IMG/VR virus record: IMGVR_UViG_3300025168_000090 | Span: 1 to 60,814 of that record | Strand: one strand, 5' to 3' | Length of the DNA: 60,814 nucleotides | Source of the DNA: a virus | Taxonomy: Duplodnaviria > Caudoviricetes | Shown here: positions 25,827 to 34,846 of the stretch, piece after piece | Numbering within the stretch: the stretch's first letter is position 1 | How the letters are laid out: each line of letters begins with the position of its first letter | Position numbers and translations under genes: made by a program | The notes under the pieces: model-generated | Database searches by the model: none | What the model was told of the DNA's origin: nothing | The model's input: the letters and a program-made list of their open reading frames with translations, nothing else

Positions 25827-28800
25827 ATGGCAAATAGTGGAAATAGAGTTTTTGTATCACCAGGAGTGTATACATCTGAAAAAGATTTAAGTTTTGTAGC
25901 ACAAAGTGTGGGTGTTACAACATTAGGGTTAGTTGGTGAAGCCCTTAAGGGTCCAGCTTTCGAACCGATATTCATCAAAAACTACGATGATTTTATAACT
26001 AGGTTTGGTGGGACATCCCCAACAACATATGTAGACTCTCAATTACCTAAGTACGAATTGGGGTATATAGCTAAATCCTATCTTAGTCAATCAAATCAAT
26101 TGTTTGTTACTAGGGTACTTGGTATTAGTGGTTACGATGCGGGACCTTCTTGGTCAGTACAAACTATAGGTGCTATAGATGCTACAACATTTAATCCAGG
26201 AATTACAGCTACCACATCTATTCCTTTCTTTATTCCAATGACAGGAGCAGGTTCAACAATAGGTGAAGCAATATATAGTAATCTTGCCGGTTCAACGGAC
26301 TTTGCAAGTTCTCTTCCATGGGAAATAGCCACACATTTTAACGACACATTAACTTTAAATAATGGTACAACATTACCAACACTAACCAATAGTTTATCCA
26401 CTTGGTTTAGTTCTACCTTAAATACAGGTAACGTACCAAACACTTGTACATTAGGTTCAGCTGGTACAGAATGTACTGTTACGGCAGGTACATCAAATGG
26501 TAGTATTTACCAATACGGACCAATTCCAAATGGTAACATGTTAATAGCTACGGCTACAACATTAAGTGCTTTACACGCTTCTGGAAGTACGGTTCCTACA
26601 CAAAATAATGTTGGGGGTACTTCTATTATATCTAACGTTTTAGGTACAAATGATACAGCTTTAACCACCGGAGGATATCCAAATGAATCTTGGTACTATG
26701 GATTATTTGATTACACAGGGTCTACCGCTTGTTGTAGTGGTACAACCTATTCAGGTGCATCGTACCAACTATATCTTTCAGCTTATACAGAAGGTTCTGG
26801 TATTTCTAGATATATTGGTAGTCCAGCTACTGGTAGAGTACCTTTAGCTACTGGAACAACAACTATGTTAGGTGCTACTGGGGTTACAGTTTATTCTGGT
26901 GTTGCTGTAGTAGATTATGTATCTTATTATGGTGTTAAAGCTTTAGCTGACTATGATAATATGGTGGTATTAACTTTAAGGTCAAGAGGTATAAGTGATT
27001 TAAATAGTGGTGGACCAAATTATGACGTAAGTGCCAACACTATGGTGTTTGATTGTTCGGGAACTTATAGTAAAGTATTAGAAGACCCATTTGCATCATT
27101 CGGACTTAGTGCTAGAACAAACGCTGGTAACAACTACGCGTTTAAAGTGGATATGACATCCACATCTAAAGAATACGCACCAAGAGTGTTAGGTACAAGT
27201 CCTTTTGATAAAAAGAGAGAAGAGGTTCCAGTATTCGTAGAGGAGGCATACCCTAATTTATTATTAGATGGTTATAGAAGAGGTAAAATTAGAGGGTTAC
27301 AATGTTGTTTAACTTATTTACCTGGAGCTAGAACTGGAAATTCAGCTTTAACGTCTATCGGTTGGAATATGACACAATGGCAAACTCCATCGACACCTTG
27401 GGTAGTTAGTGAACTACAAGGTACTGATGTATTTAGATTATTTAAGTTTATCTCCATATCAGATGGTAGTAACGCTAATAGAGAGTATAAAGTTTCTATC
27501 GCTAACCTTTCTTTTGAGAGGGGAGAGTTTGATATTTTAGTGAGAGACTTTAACGATACAGACGCAAGACCAAACGTATTAGAAAAATTTACTAGATGTA
27601 GTATGGACCCAACAAGGGTATCATTTGTGGGTAGAAAAATTGGTACATCAACAGGAGAATTTGCTTTAAACTCTAACTATATTATGTTACAGTTAGGTGA
27701 TGGTGTACTTGATGGTACATATACTGGTTCGTTACCTTGTGGGTTTGAAGGTTACAGATTTAGAAAATATAGTACATGTGCTATAAATCCATTTATACAA
27801 TATAAAACTAAGTACTACAACCCAGGTGAGGTTGTTTATGACCCACCATTTGGTACTGGTACAGTAAATAACCAAATAAGAAGTGGAGGTGATAATATAT
27901 CTAGAACTTACTTAGGTATTTCCGATACCCAAGGTGCTGCTTACGATAACGACTTCTTTGATTTTAAAGGTAGAGTTACACCTTCTAGTGTTTGTACTGG
28001 TACTGAAGGAGCTTACTGGGATGTCATTACTCAAGGATTCCACATGGATTCTGGAGCGACAGTTGTCATTGGTGGTGTAGCGGGTTACTTACCATGGGCA
28101 AACACAACACTTAACGGAAAACCAGTATTCCAGGTTGGAGCTGGTAAGTTTAGAAGTGAACCAAAATTAAGCACTAACCCATATAAAAAACTTAGGTCTC
28201 GTAAATTTACATTAGCCCCACATGATGGTTTTGATGGTTGGGACATATACAGAAAAACTAGGTCTAACACGGATGATTATAGATTAGGTTTAACCGGTTA
28301 CCTTAATGGGGCTTGTGTAACAACAGACTTCCCAACAGCAAAAGGAGCTGGGACATTTAAAGCTTTAAGTTCAACGGAAGGAAATACTGATTATTACGCT
28401 TATCTAAGAGGTATAGCGGAATTTAGTAATCCAGAAGCTGTAGACATTAATGTGTTCGCTACACCAGGAATTGATTATGTAGATAATTTAGGGTTGGTTA
28501 ATGAAGCAATAGATATGGTAGAACAGGATAGAGCTGATTCACTATATGTAGCGACAACACCTGATTATAACATGTTTGTTAAAAACACTAATACACCTAC
28601 AGACCAAGTTACACCTACAGAAGCTGTAAATAATTTAGAGGACTCACTGATAGACTCTAACTATACTACAACTTATTATCCTTGGATACAGGTAAGAGAC
28701 ACAGCTAACAATAAACAATTATATATACCACCAACAGCGGAGGTTATGAGAAATATAGCTTTAACAGATAATATAGCGTTCCCATGGTTTGCATCTGCTG

Positions 28801-29276
28801 GATATACTAGAGGTTTAGTACAAGCAGTAAGAGCTAGAAAGAAATTAACTTTAGACGAAAGAGACACCCTTTATGTGGGTAGACTTAACCCAATCGCGAC
28901 ATTTAGTGATACGGGACCAATTATCTGGGGTAATAAAACCTTACAAATTGCAGAATCGGCATTAGATAGGGTAAATGTTAGAAGACTGTTACTACAAACA
29001 AGAAAATTAATTTCAGCTGTCGCGGTAAGATTAATATTTGAGCAAAATGATGAAATAGTTAGACAACAATTCCTAGACCTAGTGAATCCAATACTAGATT
29101 CTATTAGAAGAGATAGAGGTTTAACAGACTTTAGAGTCGTTCTTTCAAACGACCCACAAGAAATAGATAGAAATGAAATGAACGGTAAGATATACATCAA
29201 ACCAACCAGAGCTTTAGAATATATCTTTGTTGAGTTCTTGATAACACCTACGGGGGCATCTTTTGAGGATGTATAG
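25827..29276 (+). CDS. Contractile tail sheath protein (gp18-like) with a large S/T/G-rich insertion
   Basis: VSPGVYTSEKDLS, KGPAFEP, FPWFASAGYTRG, LNPIATF, IIWGNKTL, SALDRVNVRRLL, IKPTRALEYI. Confidence 0.97.
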   Translation: MANSGNRVFVSPGVYTSEKDLSFVAQSVGVTTLGLVGEALKGPAFEPIFIKNYDDFITRFGGTSPTTYVDSQLPKYELGYIAKSYLSQSNQLFVTRVLGISGYDAGPSWSVQTIGAIDATTFNPGITATTSIPFFIPMTGAGSTIGEAIYSNLAGSTDFASSLPWEIATHFNDTLTLNNGTTLPTLTNSLSTWFSSTLNTGNVPNTCTLGSAGTECTVTAGTSNGSIYQYGPIPNGNMLIATATTLSALHASGSTVPTQNNVGGTSIISNVLGTNDTALTTGGYPNESWYYGLFDYTGSTACCSGTTYSGASYQLYLSAYTEGSGISRYIGSPATGRVPLATGTTTMLGATGVTVYSGVAVVDYVSYYGVKALADYDNMVVLTLRSRGISDLNSGGPNYDVSANTMVFDCSGTYSKVLEDPFASFGLSARTNAGNNYAFKVDMTSTSKEYAPRVLGTSPFDKKREEVPVFVEEAYPNLLLDGYRRGKIRGLQCCLTYLPGARTGNSALTSIGWNMTQWQTPSTPWVVSELQGTDVFRLFKFISISDGSNANREYKVSIANLSFERGEFDILVRDFNDTDARPNVLEKFTRCSMDPTRVSFVGRKIGTSTGEFALNSNYIMLQLGDGVLDGTYTGSLPCGFEGYRFRKYSTCAINPFIQYKTKYYNPGEVVYDPPFGTGTVNNQIRSGGDNISRTYLGISDTQGAAYDNDFFDFKGRVTPSSVCTGTEGAYWDVITQGFHMDSGATVVIGGVAGYLPWANTTLNGKPVFQVGAGKFRSEPKLSTNPYKKLRSRKFTLAPHDGFDGWDIYRKTRSNTDDYRLGLTGYLNGACVTTDFPTAKGAGTFKALSSTEGNTDYYAYLRGIAEFSNPEAVDINVFATPGIDYVDNLGLVNEAIDMVEQDRADSLYVATTPDYNMFVKNTNTPTDQVTPTEAVNNLEDSLIDSNYTTTYYPWIQVRDTANNKQLYIPPTAEVMRNIALTDNIAFPWFASAGYTRGLVQAVRARKKLTLDERDTLYVGRLNPIATFSDTGPIIWGNKTLQIAESALDRVNVRRLLLQTRKLISAVAVRLIFEQNDEIVRQQFLDLVNPILDSIRRDRGLTDFRVVLSNDPQEIDRNEMNGKIYIKPTRALEYIFVEFLITPTGASFEDV

Positions 29277-29288
29277 TATTTATAAATA
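29277..29288 (+). promoter_or_regulatory. Late motif within a perfect palindrome TATTTATAAATA
   Basis: Between the sheath stop and ATG 29299. Confidence 0.5.
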
Positions 29289-29298
29289 AAAAATTAAT

Positions 29299-30210
29299 AT
29301 GAGATTTAATAAAAAAGTAATAAGTGAGGGTTTAAATAACCCACTCAGTAAAAAGAAAGTTTTTACGGAAGGAAAAAAACAAAATGTTATCCTTAGTGAA
29401 GACCAACTAGATAGGTTATTGTCTCATTTAAATGAGTCTAAGAAAAAATCTATAGGGTTAATTATTAAAAATAGTTACAGTATAATACGTGAATCTATTA
29501 AAAACGAAGGTTTAGATTTAAACATAGAAGATTACTCTGATAGTTTAATTGAGGAGGGTTTTAATACTGGTGGGTATAATCGTGGAGTTGCGGCTGGTGA
29601 AGGGATAGAAAATGTTATTAATGGCGTAAAGAAAGCCTATGACATGATTAAAGATAGTGATACTAGAAAAAAATTAGCTAATTCTATAACTAAACTAGGT
29701 AATTTTATGACTATCACAGCTGACGCAATCGCTTCAGGAAGAGACCAAAGAAGTATGTCTAACCCAGATTCATTAAGAGACCCACTTCCATACCCAGAAT
29801 TGGATGAAGAAATGGAAGAACAAACTACAGCAGCATCATCAGGAGCTTATTCCGCACCTTTAGAGTTTACCGAAGGGAAAAAGAAAGACCATGATGGTGA
29901 TGGGGATATAGATTCGGATGATTATTTAGCAGCAAAGGATAAAGCTATTAAAAAATCTATGAAAGAAGATTCTGGTCATGATGAAGCAATGAATTACGGT
30001 AGGGATGAGGGTCATGATGATAAAGAACTTTATGATTTAAAACATGATGGTGGTGGTGAAGACCATATAGAAGATTTAGAAGATGATATGGAATACGACC
30101 ATATTCATGACTCAGAAAACTTAGAAGAATCTAAAAAAGAAAAAGAAAAATTAATCCAAGAGGATATTAAAAGAATGAAAGAAATAATAAAACCAATATC
30201 AAAAATATAA
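29299..30210 (+). CDS. Hypothetical acidic protein (probable internal head protein) with an EF-hand-like loop
   Basis: Many (I/L/F)-x-E sites; DHDGDGDIDSDD; C-terminal LIQEDIKRMKEII. Confidence 0.7.
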   Translation: MRFNKKVISEGLNNPLSKKKVFTEGKKQNVILSEDQLDRLLSHLNESKKKSIGLIIKNSYSIIRESIKNEGLDLNIEDYSDSLIEEGFNTGGYNRGVAAGEGIENVINGVKKAYDMIKDSDTRKKLANSITKLGNFMTITADAIASGRDQRSMSNPDSLRDPLPYPELDEEMEEQTTAASSGAYSAPLEFTEGKKKDHDGDGDIDSDDYLAAKDKAIKKSMKEDSGHDEAMNYGRDEGHDDKELYDLKHDGGGEDHIEDLEDDMEYDHIHDSENLEESKKEKEKLIQEDIKRMKEIIKPISKI

Positions 30211-30212
30211 AA

Positions 30213-30620
30213 ATGAAAAAAATAAAATTAAAAGAATCAGATTTAATTAACCTTATTGAAAAATTGGTTAAAGAAAATTTTGCGATGGGAGCCACGAAAG
30301 GAAATGGGCAAAACTTAGGTATGTTTGGAACACCAACTTCAAAGTATAAAGACCTTCTAGAAAAAGAAGATATGGAAGAAACTGAAGATATGGATGAGAT
30401 GGAAATGGATGAAATGGAAACCAAAGAGGGACATAAAGGTTATAAAAAAATGGACCATGAAGATAGAAATGAGTTTGGTGGTAGGAAATCCAGAGTAGTT
30501 GGTGTAGATTCAGATATAAACAAACAAAGAATGGGTGAATCAAAAAAGAAGACTCTTAAACTTACAGAAAGTCAACTTATTAATATGATAGAAAAGGTTA
30601 TCAAACAAAAAAATAAATAA
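30213..30620 (+). CDS. Hypothetical protein (probable internal head protein)
   Basis: Terminal repeats KKIKLKESDLINLIEKLVKE and KKTLKLTESQLINMIEKVIKQ. Confidence 0.7.
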   Translation: MKKIKLKESDLINLIEKLVKENFAMGATKGNGQNLGMFGTPTSKYKDLLEKEDMEETEDMDEMEMDEMETKEGHKGYKKMDHEDRNEFGGRKSRVVGVDSDINKQRMGESKKKTLKLTESQLINMIEKVIKQKNK

Positions 30621-30623
30621 ATT

Positions 30624-31097
30624 TTGAAAAATATATTTAACTTAAACGAAGAAGAAAAGAATATAATAAGAGGCTTGCATAATATTAATGAACAAGAGCT
30701 TCCCTTCCCAGACCCCACTTCTAAAGTATCTATATCCACTCAAATTGAAGAGACAAGTAAAGATGAACTACTAGAAAATATGTTAGTACAATCCCAAAGA
30801 TTAACAAGATATATAGAGGGTTCAAAAAGCGGAAGAGGTAATTGGTCAGTTGAAGACTTAAAAAGTATACAAACATCTTTGAATGAGAATATAGGAGAGT
30901 TACTAACTTTTTTAGAATCTAAAACAAGAAAATTTCCAGATAAAGTTAATGAATCGAAACAGTCACTTAATGAATCAGGAGATAGAATAACCCAAAGTTC
31001 GATGGAAAGATATATGGACAAGAAATTTCAAGATGTATTCAATATGATTTCAAAGTATAGTTCTAAGACTACTGGTGGAGGTATGAATGTAAAATAA
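30624..31097 (+). CDS. Hypothetical protein (probable internal head protein)
   Basis: TTG start; LNEE, INEQ, VNES and LNES sites. Confidence 0.6.
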   Translation: MKNIFNLNEEEKNIIRGLHNINEQELPFPDPTSKVSISTQIEETSKDELLENMLVQSQRLTRYIEGSKSGRGNWSVEDLKSIQTSLNENIGELLTFLESKTRKFPDKVNESKQSLNESGDRITQSSMERYMDKKFQDVFNMISKYSSKTTGGGMNVK

Positions 31098-31121
31098 TTA
31101 TTATTTATAGATATATAATTT

Positions 31122-31146
31122 AAGGTCCTTTTATAGGACCTTTTTT
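31122..31146 (+). terminator. Rho-independent terminator
   Basis: AAGGTCCT-TTTAT-AGGACCTT followed by a T-run, between convergent genes. Confidence 0.8.
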
Positions 31147-31381
31147 ATTCTACTAATTTACCCCCATTTAACAATATTAAAATTAATATCATTGGTGCTA
31201 ATAAGGGAGCTTTGATAATGTGTGAGATAATATAAAGTACAAACCATTTAGTACTTGGGTTATCACCACGTCTAGACTCAAATGATAAATAACCATCTCG
31301 TATATTATCTTCATTTATTATTAAGAAAATAAACATTAGTATTTGTGAAACTATAAGATAAGATAAGATATATTCTAACAT
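31145..31381 (-). CDS. Small membrane protein (two hydrophobic segments)
   Basis: YILSYLIVSQILMFIFLII and WFVLYIISHIIKAPLLAPMILILILL. Confidence 0.65.
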   Translation of the reverse strand: MLEYILSYLIVSQILMFIFLIINEDNIRDGYLSFESRRGDNPSTKWFVLYIISHIIKAPLLAPMILILILLNGGKLVE

Positions 31382-31447
31382 AATTTTTTTTTTAAAGGTT
31401 AAACATCTATTAATATATACGAGTTTTATACTACAAAGTTACAATAA

Positions 31448-31867
31448 TTAATTGACATATCCAAGAATTCCTCGATAAATTCCATATTCCATCTCCACAC
31501 CAAACACCACAGTCATACCATTAAAGTACAAAAAAGAGTAAGAACCGTCAAACCCACCCAACTTATATACTTGGCCATACTCAGTACTAACTAAGTCCAA
31601 GATTATATATTCATTACTGTATTCATCATAACTTAATAACTCTACCCTGGTAACATTAACCTGATTATTAATAGTGTCTATCACAATTGTGTGGGTATAC
31701 TCATCACCCCAAGAAGTAACATTAACAAAATTAGGATTAAAATTTTGATTTAACTGGTTACTGTCTATAGTGTTTATAGTGACGTAATAATTATCGTTTT
31801 TTAAGTTTATTGTCTGAGAGAATAAAGTTAGTGGTAATAGTAGTAATATTAGTAATAGATTTTTCAT
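31448..31867 (-). CDS. Secreted protein with Sec signal peptide
   Basis: MKNLLLILLLLPLTLFS|Q: signal peptide with Gln at +1 (Bacteroidota Q-rule). Confidence 0.75.
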   Translation of the reverse strand: MKNLLLILLLLPLTLFSQTINLKNDNYYVTINTIDSNQLNQNFNPNFVNVTSWGDEYTHTIVIDTINNQVNVTRVELLSYDEYSNEYIILDLVSTEYGQVYKLGGFDGSYSFLYFNGMTVVFGVEMEYGIYRGILGYVN

Positions 31868-32436
31868 TGTTTTTTAAATTTTAATTTAGTGTAGTAGTAA
31901 GAGTTGTAACCATTTATGTTTTCGTAAGTGTGTTGCACTTCAACAGACACCAACGTATTATGTGGATTAATCATTTTATAATGTATCGGTCTAGACGAGC
32001 CACCAATTTGTTGTGGGCCAACCATATTCTCCAATACAGTTATATTGTTGGTGGTGACATTTAAACCATATGGGGTAATACTATCACCATCTAATATAAA
32101 TAAACCTATGCCTGGGGTGTTTTCGGGGTAGTTAAATGACCAAGTAGTCTCATTCAATACAATATCTTCAAATTCGTAATAAGAACCCCCATAACGTAAA
32201 CTGTTTGTGTTTGTATAACTGAAAAGAAATAAACTATCTGTTAGGTTAAAATCTAAATTAGTTACATACATTACAGCGTCTTTAAGTACCCACACCCCCT
32301 CCAATTCACCTAAAGTTATAAATGTAGTTGTATCTTGGGTTGTTGGGTATGTGTTGGTACACTCTATTTGGAAATTTTCTTTTTCACAAGAAGTTAGTGT
32401 TAAAAGTACTATAAATAAGTTTATTAATTTTTTCAT
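31864..32436 (-). CDS. Lipoprotein, lipocalin-like beta-barrel
   Basis: Lipobox LTS-C followed by EKE; LEGVWVL (GxW) motif; C-terminal Y.TKLKFKK strand. Confidence 0.75.
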   Translation of the reverse strand: MKKLINLFIVLLTLTSCEKENFQIECTNTYPTTQDTTTFITLGELEGVWVLKDAVMYVTNLDFNLTDSLFLFSYTNTNSLRYGGSYYEFEDIVLNETTWSFNYPENTPGIGLFILDGDSITPYGLNVTTNNITVLENMVGPQQIGGSSRPIHYKMINPHNTLVSVEVQHTYENINGYNSYYYTKLKFKKQ

Positions 32437-32440
32437 ACTA

Positions 32441-32471
32441 CAAAGATAAACAAAATAAACGAATAAACAAA
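32441..32471 (-). promoter_or_regulatory. Consensus Bacteroidota primary-sigma promoter TTTG-N19-TATCTTTG
   Basis: Exact -33 TTTG and -7 TAnnTTTG with a 19-nt spacer, 4 nt before the lipoprotein ATG. Confidence 0.75.
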
Positions 32472-32492
32472 ATTAATTCATATTTATTATAG

Positions 32493-33353
32493 ATGAAGAA
32501 CATTATTATAACAAAAGAACAATTTTTAAGTGTTAGTAAAATACTTAAAGAAAATATGACCAACCCAAATACTATGAGAGCTTATTCTTTTGATTGGGAT
32601 GATAATATTATTATGATGCCCACAACTATAAAAATGTTGAAACGGGTTGGTGATGGTTGGGATAATGTAGAGGTGGGCACTGACGAGTTTGCTTCTATAA
32701 GAAATGATGATAACTATAAATTGGATGATGACGCATTTAGTAATTTTATAAATGATGAGTCTTTTATGACAGACTTAGAAAAAGCTTTAACAACAAAATC
32801 TTTTGCCCCATCATTTAATAAGTTTAAAGAAGCTCTTATTTACGGTAACCCAATATCAATTATAACAGCCAGAGGACATAAACCAGAAACCTTAAGAAAG
32901 GGTATGGATTTGGTAATTTCATATACGTTTAGTGAAGATGAATTAGCTGATATGATTGATAACATTCAACAACAAATACCTGAATTAGATGGTGAAAATG
33001 CTGAAACCATAATAAAATCTTACTTAGACAGTCATGATTATCACCCAGTAACATCATCCTCTTTTACTGATAGGTTTGGTTTAGAAAGTGGGTCTGCCGC
33101 TAATCCAGAAGAAAATAAAAAAGTAGCCTTAAGGGACTACGTTACAAAAATAGTAGCTAAAGCTGGTGAAATGGTAAATACCGAATATAATAAATTGTCA
33201 GTTGGGTTTAGTGACGATGACTTAGGCAATATCAATGCTATAGTACCCTTCATCCAAAATGTATTACAATCAGAATTTCCGGAAGTAGATTTTGTGGTGT
33301 ATGATACTTCCGAAGGTGGAATGAATAAAATAATATTAAAACAGGTAAATTAA
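32493..33353 (+). CDS. HAD-superfamily phosphatase-like protein with N-terminal leader
   Basis: FDWDDN (DxD motif I), IITARGH (II), K (III), GFSDDD (IV); TATTTATT at 32481-32488. Confidence 0.75.
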   Translation: MKNIIITKEQFLSVSKILKENMTNPNTMRAYSFDWDDNIIMMPTTIKMLKRVGDGWDNVEVGTDEFASIRNDDNYKLDDDAFSNFINDESFMTDLEKALTTKSFAPSFNKFKEALIYGNPISIITARGHKPETLRKGMDLVISYTFSEDELADMIDNIQQQIPELDGENAETIIKSYLDSHDYHPVTSSSFTDRFGLESGSAANPEENKKVALRDYVTKIVAKAGEMVNTEYNKLSVGFSDDDLGNINAIVPFIQNVLQSEFPEVDFVVYDTSEGGMNKIILKQVN

Positions 33354-33420
33354 ACATTTTTTTAATTACCTATATATTTATAGTATATAATAAAAAAGTA
33401 AAAACAAAAATTAAAAAGAT

Positions 33421-33909
33421 ATGGCTGACTTATTAATGAAAATGCCTATTCCTTATGAACCAAAGAAAAAGAATAGATTTATTCTTAGATTCGACTCTTC
33501 CTTGGGAATTAATGAATGGTACGTAGAAAGTACTTCTAGACCACAGGTAACAATTAACTCTGTAGAAGTACCGTTCCTTAACACCTCTACTTATGTAGCT
33601 GGGAGATTTACATGGAACACAATAAATGTAACATTTAGAGACCCGATAGGACCATCAGCGTCACAAGCTCTTATGGAGTGGGTTAGATTACACGCGGAAT
33701 CAGTAACTGGTAGAATGGGTTATGCTGCGGGGTATAAGAAAAACATAGACTTAGAGATGTTAGACCCTACAGGTGTTGTTGTTGAGAAATGGATAATGCA
33801 AGGAACGTTCCTTACTGATGTTAATTTCGATAGTTTGGGGTATAGTGATGACGGTTTAGCGACAATTTCAGCCACGTTGCGTCCGGATAGATGTATTCTA
33901 GTCTACTAA
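33421..33909 (+). CDS. Tail tube protein (T4 gp19-like)
   Basis: YEPKKKNRF, YVAGRFTWNTINVTFRDPI, YKKNIDLEMLDPTGVVVEKW, TLRPDRC; TATTTATA at 33375-33382. Confidence 0.92.
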   Translation: MADLLMKMPIPYEPKKKNRFILRFDSSLGINEWYVESTSRPQVTINSVEVPFLNTSTYVAGRFTWNTINVTFRDPIGPSASQALMEWVRLHAESVTGRMGYAAGYKKNIDLEMLDPTGVVVEKWIMQGTFLTDVNFDSLGYSDDGLATISATLRPDRCILVY

Positions 33910-33931
33910 TTTAAATTTAAAATATCAATAT

Positions 33932-33958
33932 AAAAGTCCTCTTACGGGGACTTTTTTT
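33932..33958 (+). terminator. Rho-independent terminator
   Basis: AAAAGTCCTC-TTAC-GGGGACTTTT followed by a T-run, after the tube gene. Confidence 0.85.
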
Positions 33959-34093
33959 GTTAATAAAAAGTAAGTAAAAAGACTATTTACTTTAAATTTA
34001 AAATAACCATATTATATAGTAAGCAAATATAAAAGCTTTAAAATAATATGTTTATATATTTACAATTATAATATAATAATTAATTTATAACTA

Positions 34094-34846
34094 ATGCAAG
34101 AGCAATTTAAACCACAAGAGTCGATTTTACCTTATGATGTAGTAACACTACCATCCGAAGGAATCTACTACCCAAACAAAAAGAAGTCAGTAAAAGTAAC
34201 CTACTTAAACGCGTCCGATGAAAACTTATTAGCTTCAGTAGCAGCTAGAGAGAACGATTTGGTGGATACCCTATTACAGAGAAAAATTTTAGATAAAGAT
34301 ATTTTAGTTGCTGATATGGCAGAATGTGATAAAGAAGCTGTATTGGTTTTTTTAAGGAATACCGCTTTTGGTCCTGAATATAAGATTAAACTTAAAGATT
34401 CTACTACAAATAAAGAATTTGAACATACAATAGATTTATCGGTTTTAAAAACTAAAGACCTAAAGGTAACTTTGGATGAAAACAACGAGTTTGAGTTCCA
34501 CCTCCAAAAATGTAATAAAAAATGTAGACTAACTTTTTTAAAACCAGCACAGAGTAAACTTTTAAAGGAGATTGACGAACAAAACAAAGACAATATAAAC
34601 AACCCTTACATGACTAAACAATTAGAAATGATAATTAAGGAGATAGATGGTAACAGAGACGGTATGACGATAGCACAGTTCATCCAGACAATGCCAATAA
34701 TGGATTCACAATCAATCCGAAAAGTAATCAGAGAGAACACACCCGAAATAGATTTAACAATACCGGTAACTACACCTTCAGGTACCGAAATGAATGTTAG
34801 AATCGTTTTTGGTGTTGAGTTTTTTCGTCCTTTCTACGGCATATAG
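34094..34846 (+). CDS. Tail/baseplate assembly chaperone (T4 gp26-like)
   Basis: VTLPSEG..Y, ASDENLL, DKEAVLVFLRNTAFGPEY, C-terminal GVEFFRP; between tube and tape measure genes. Confidence 0.75.
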   Translation: MQEQFKPQESILPYDVVTLPSEGIYYPNKKKSVKVTYLNASDENLLASVAARENDLVDTLLQRKILDKDILVADMAECDKEAVLVFLRNTAFGPEYKIKLKDSTTNKEFEHTIDLSVLKTKDLKVTLDENNEFEFHLQKCNKKCRLTFLKPAQSKLLKEIDEQNKDNINNPYMTKQLEMIIKEIDGNRDGMTIAQFIQTMPIMDSQSIRKVIRENTPEIDLTIPVTTPSGTEMNVRIVFGVEFFRPFYGI

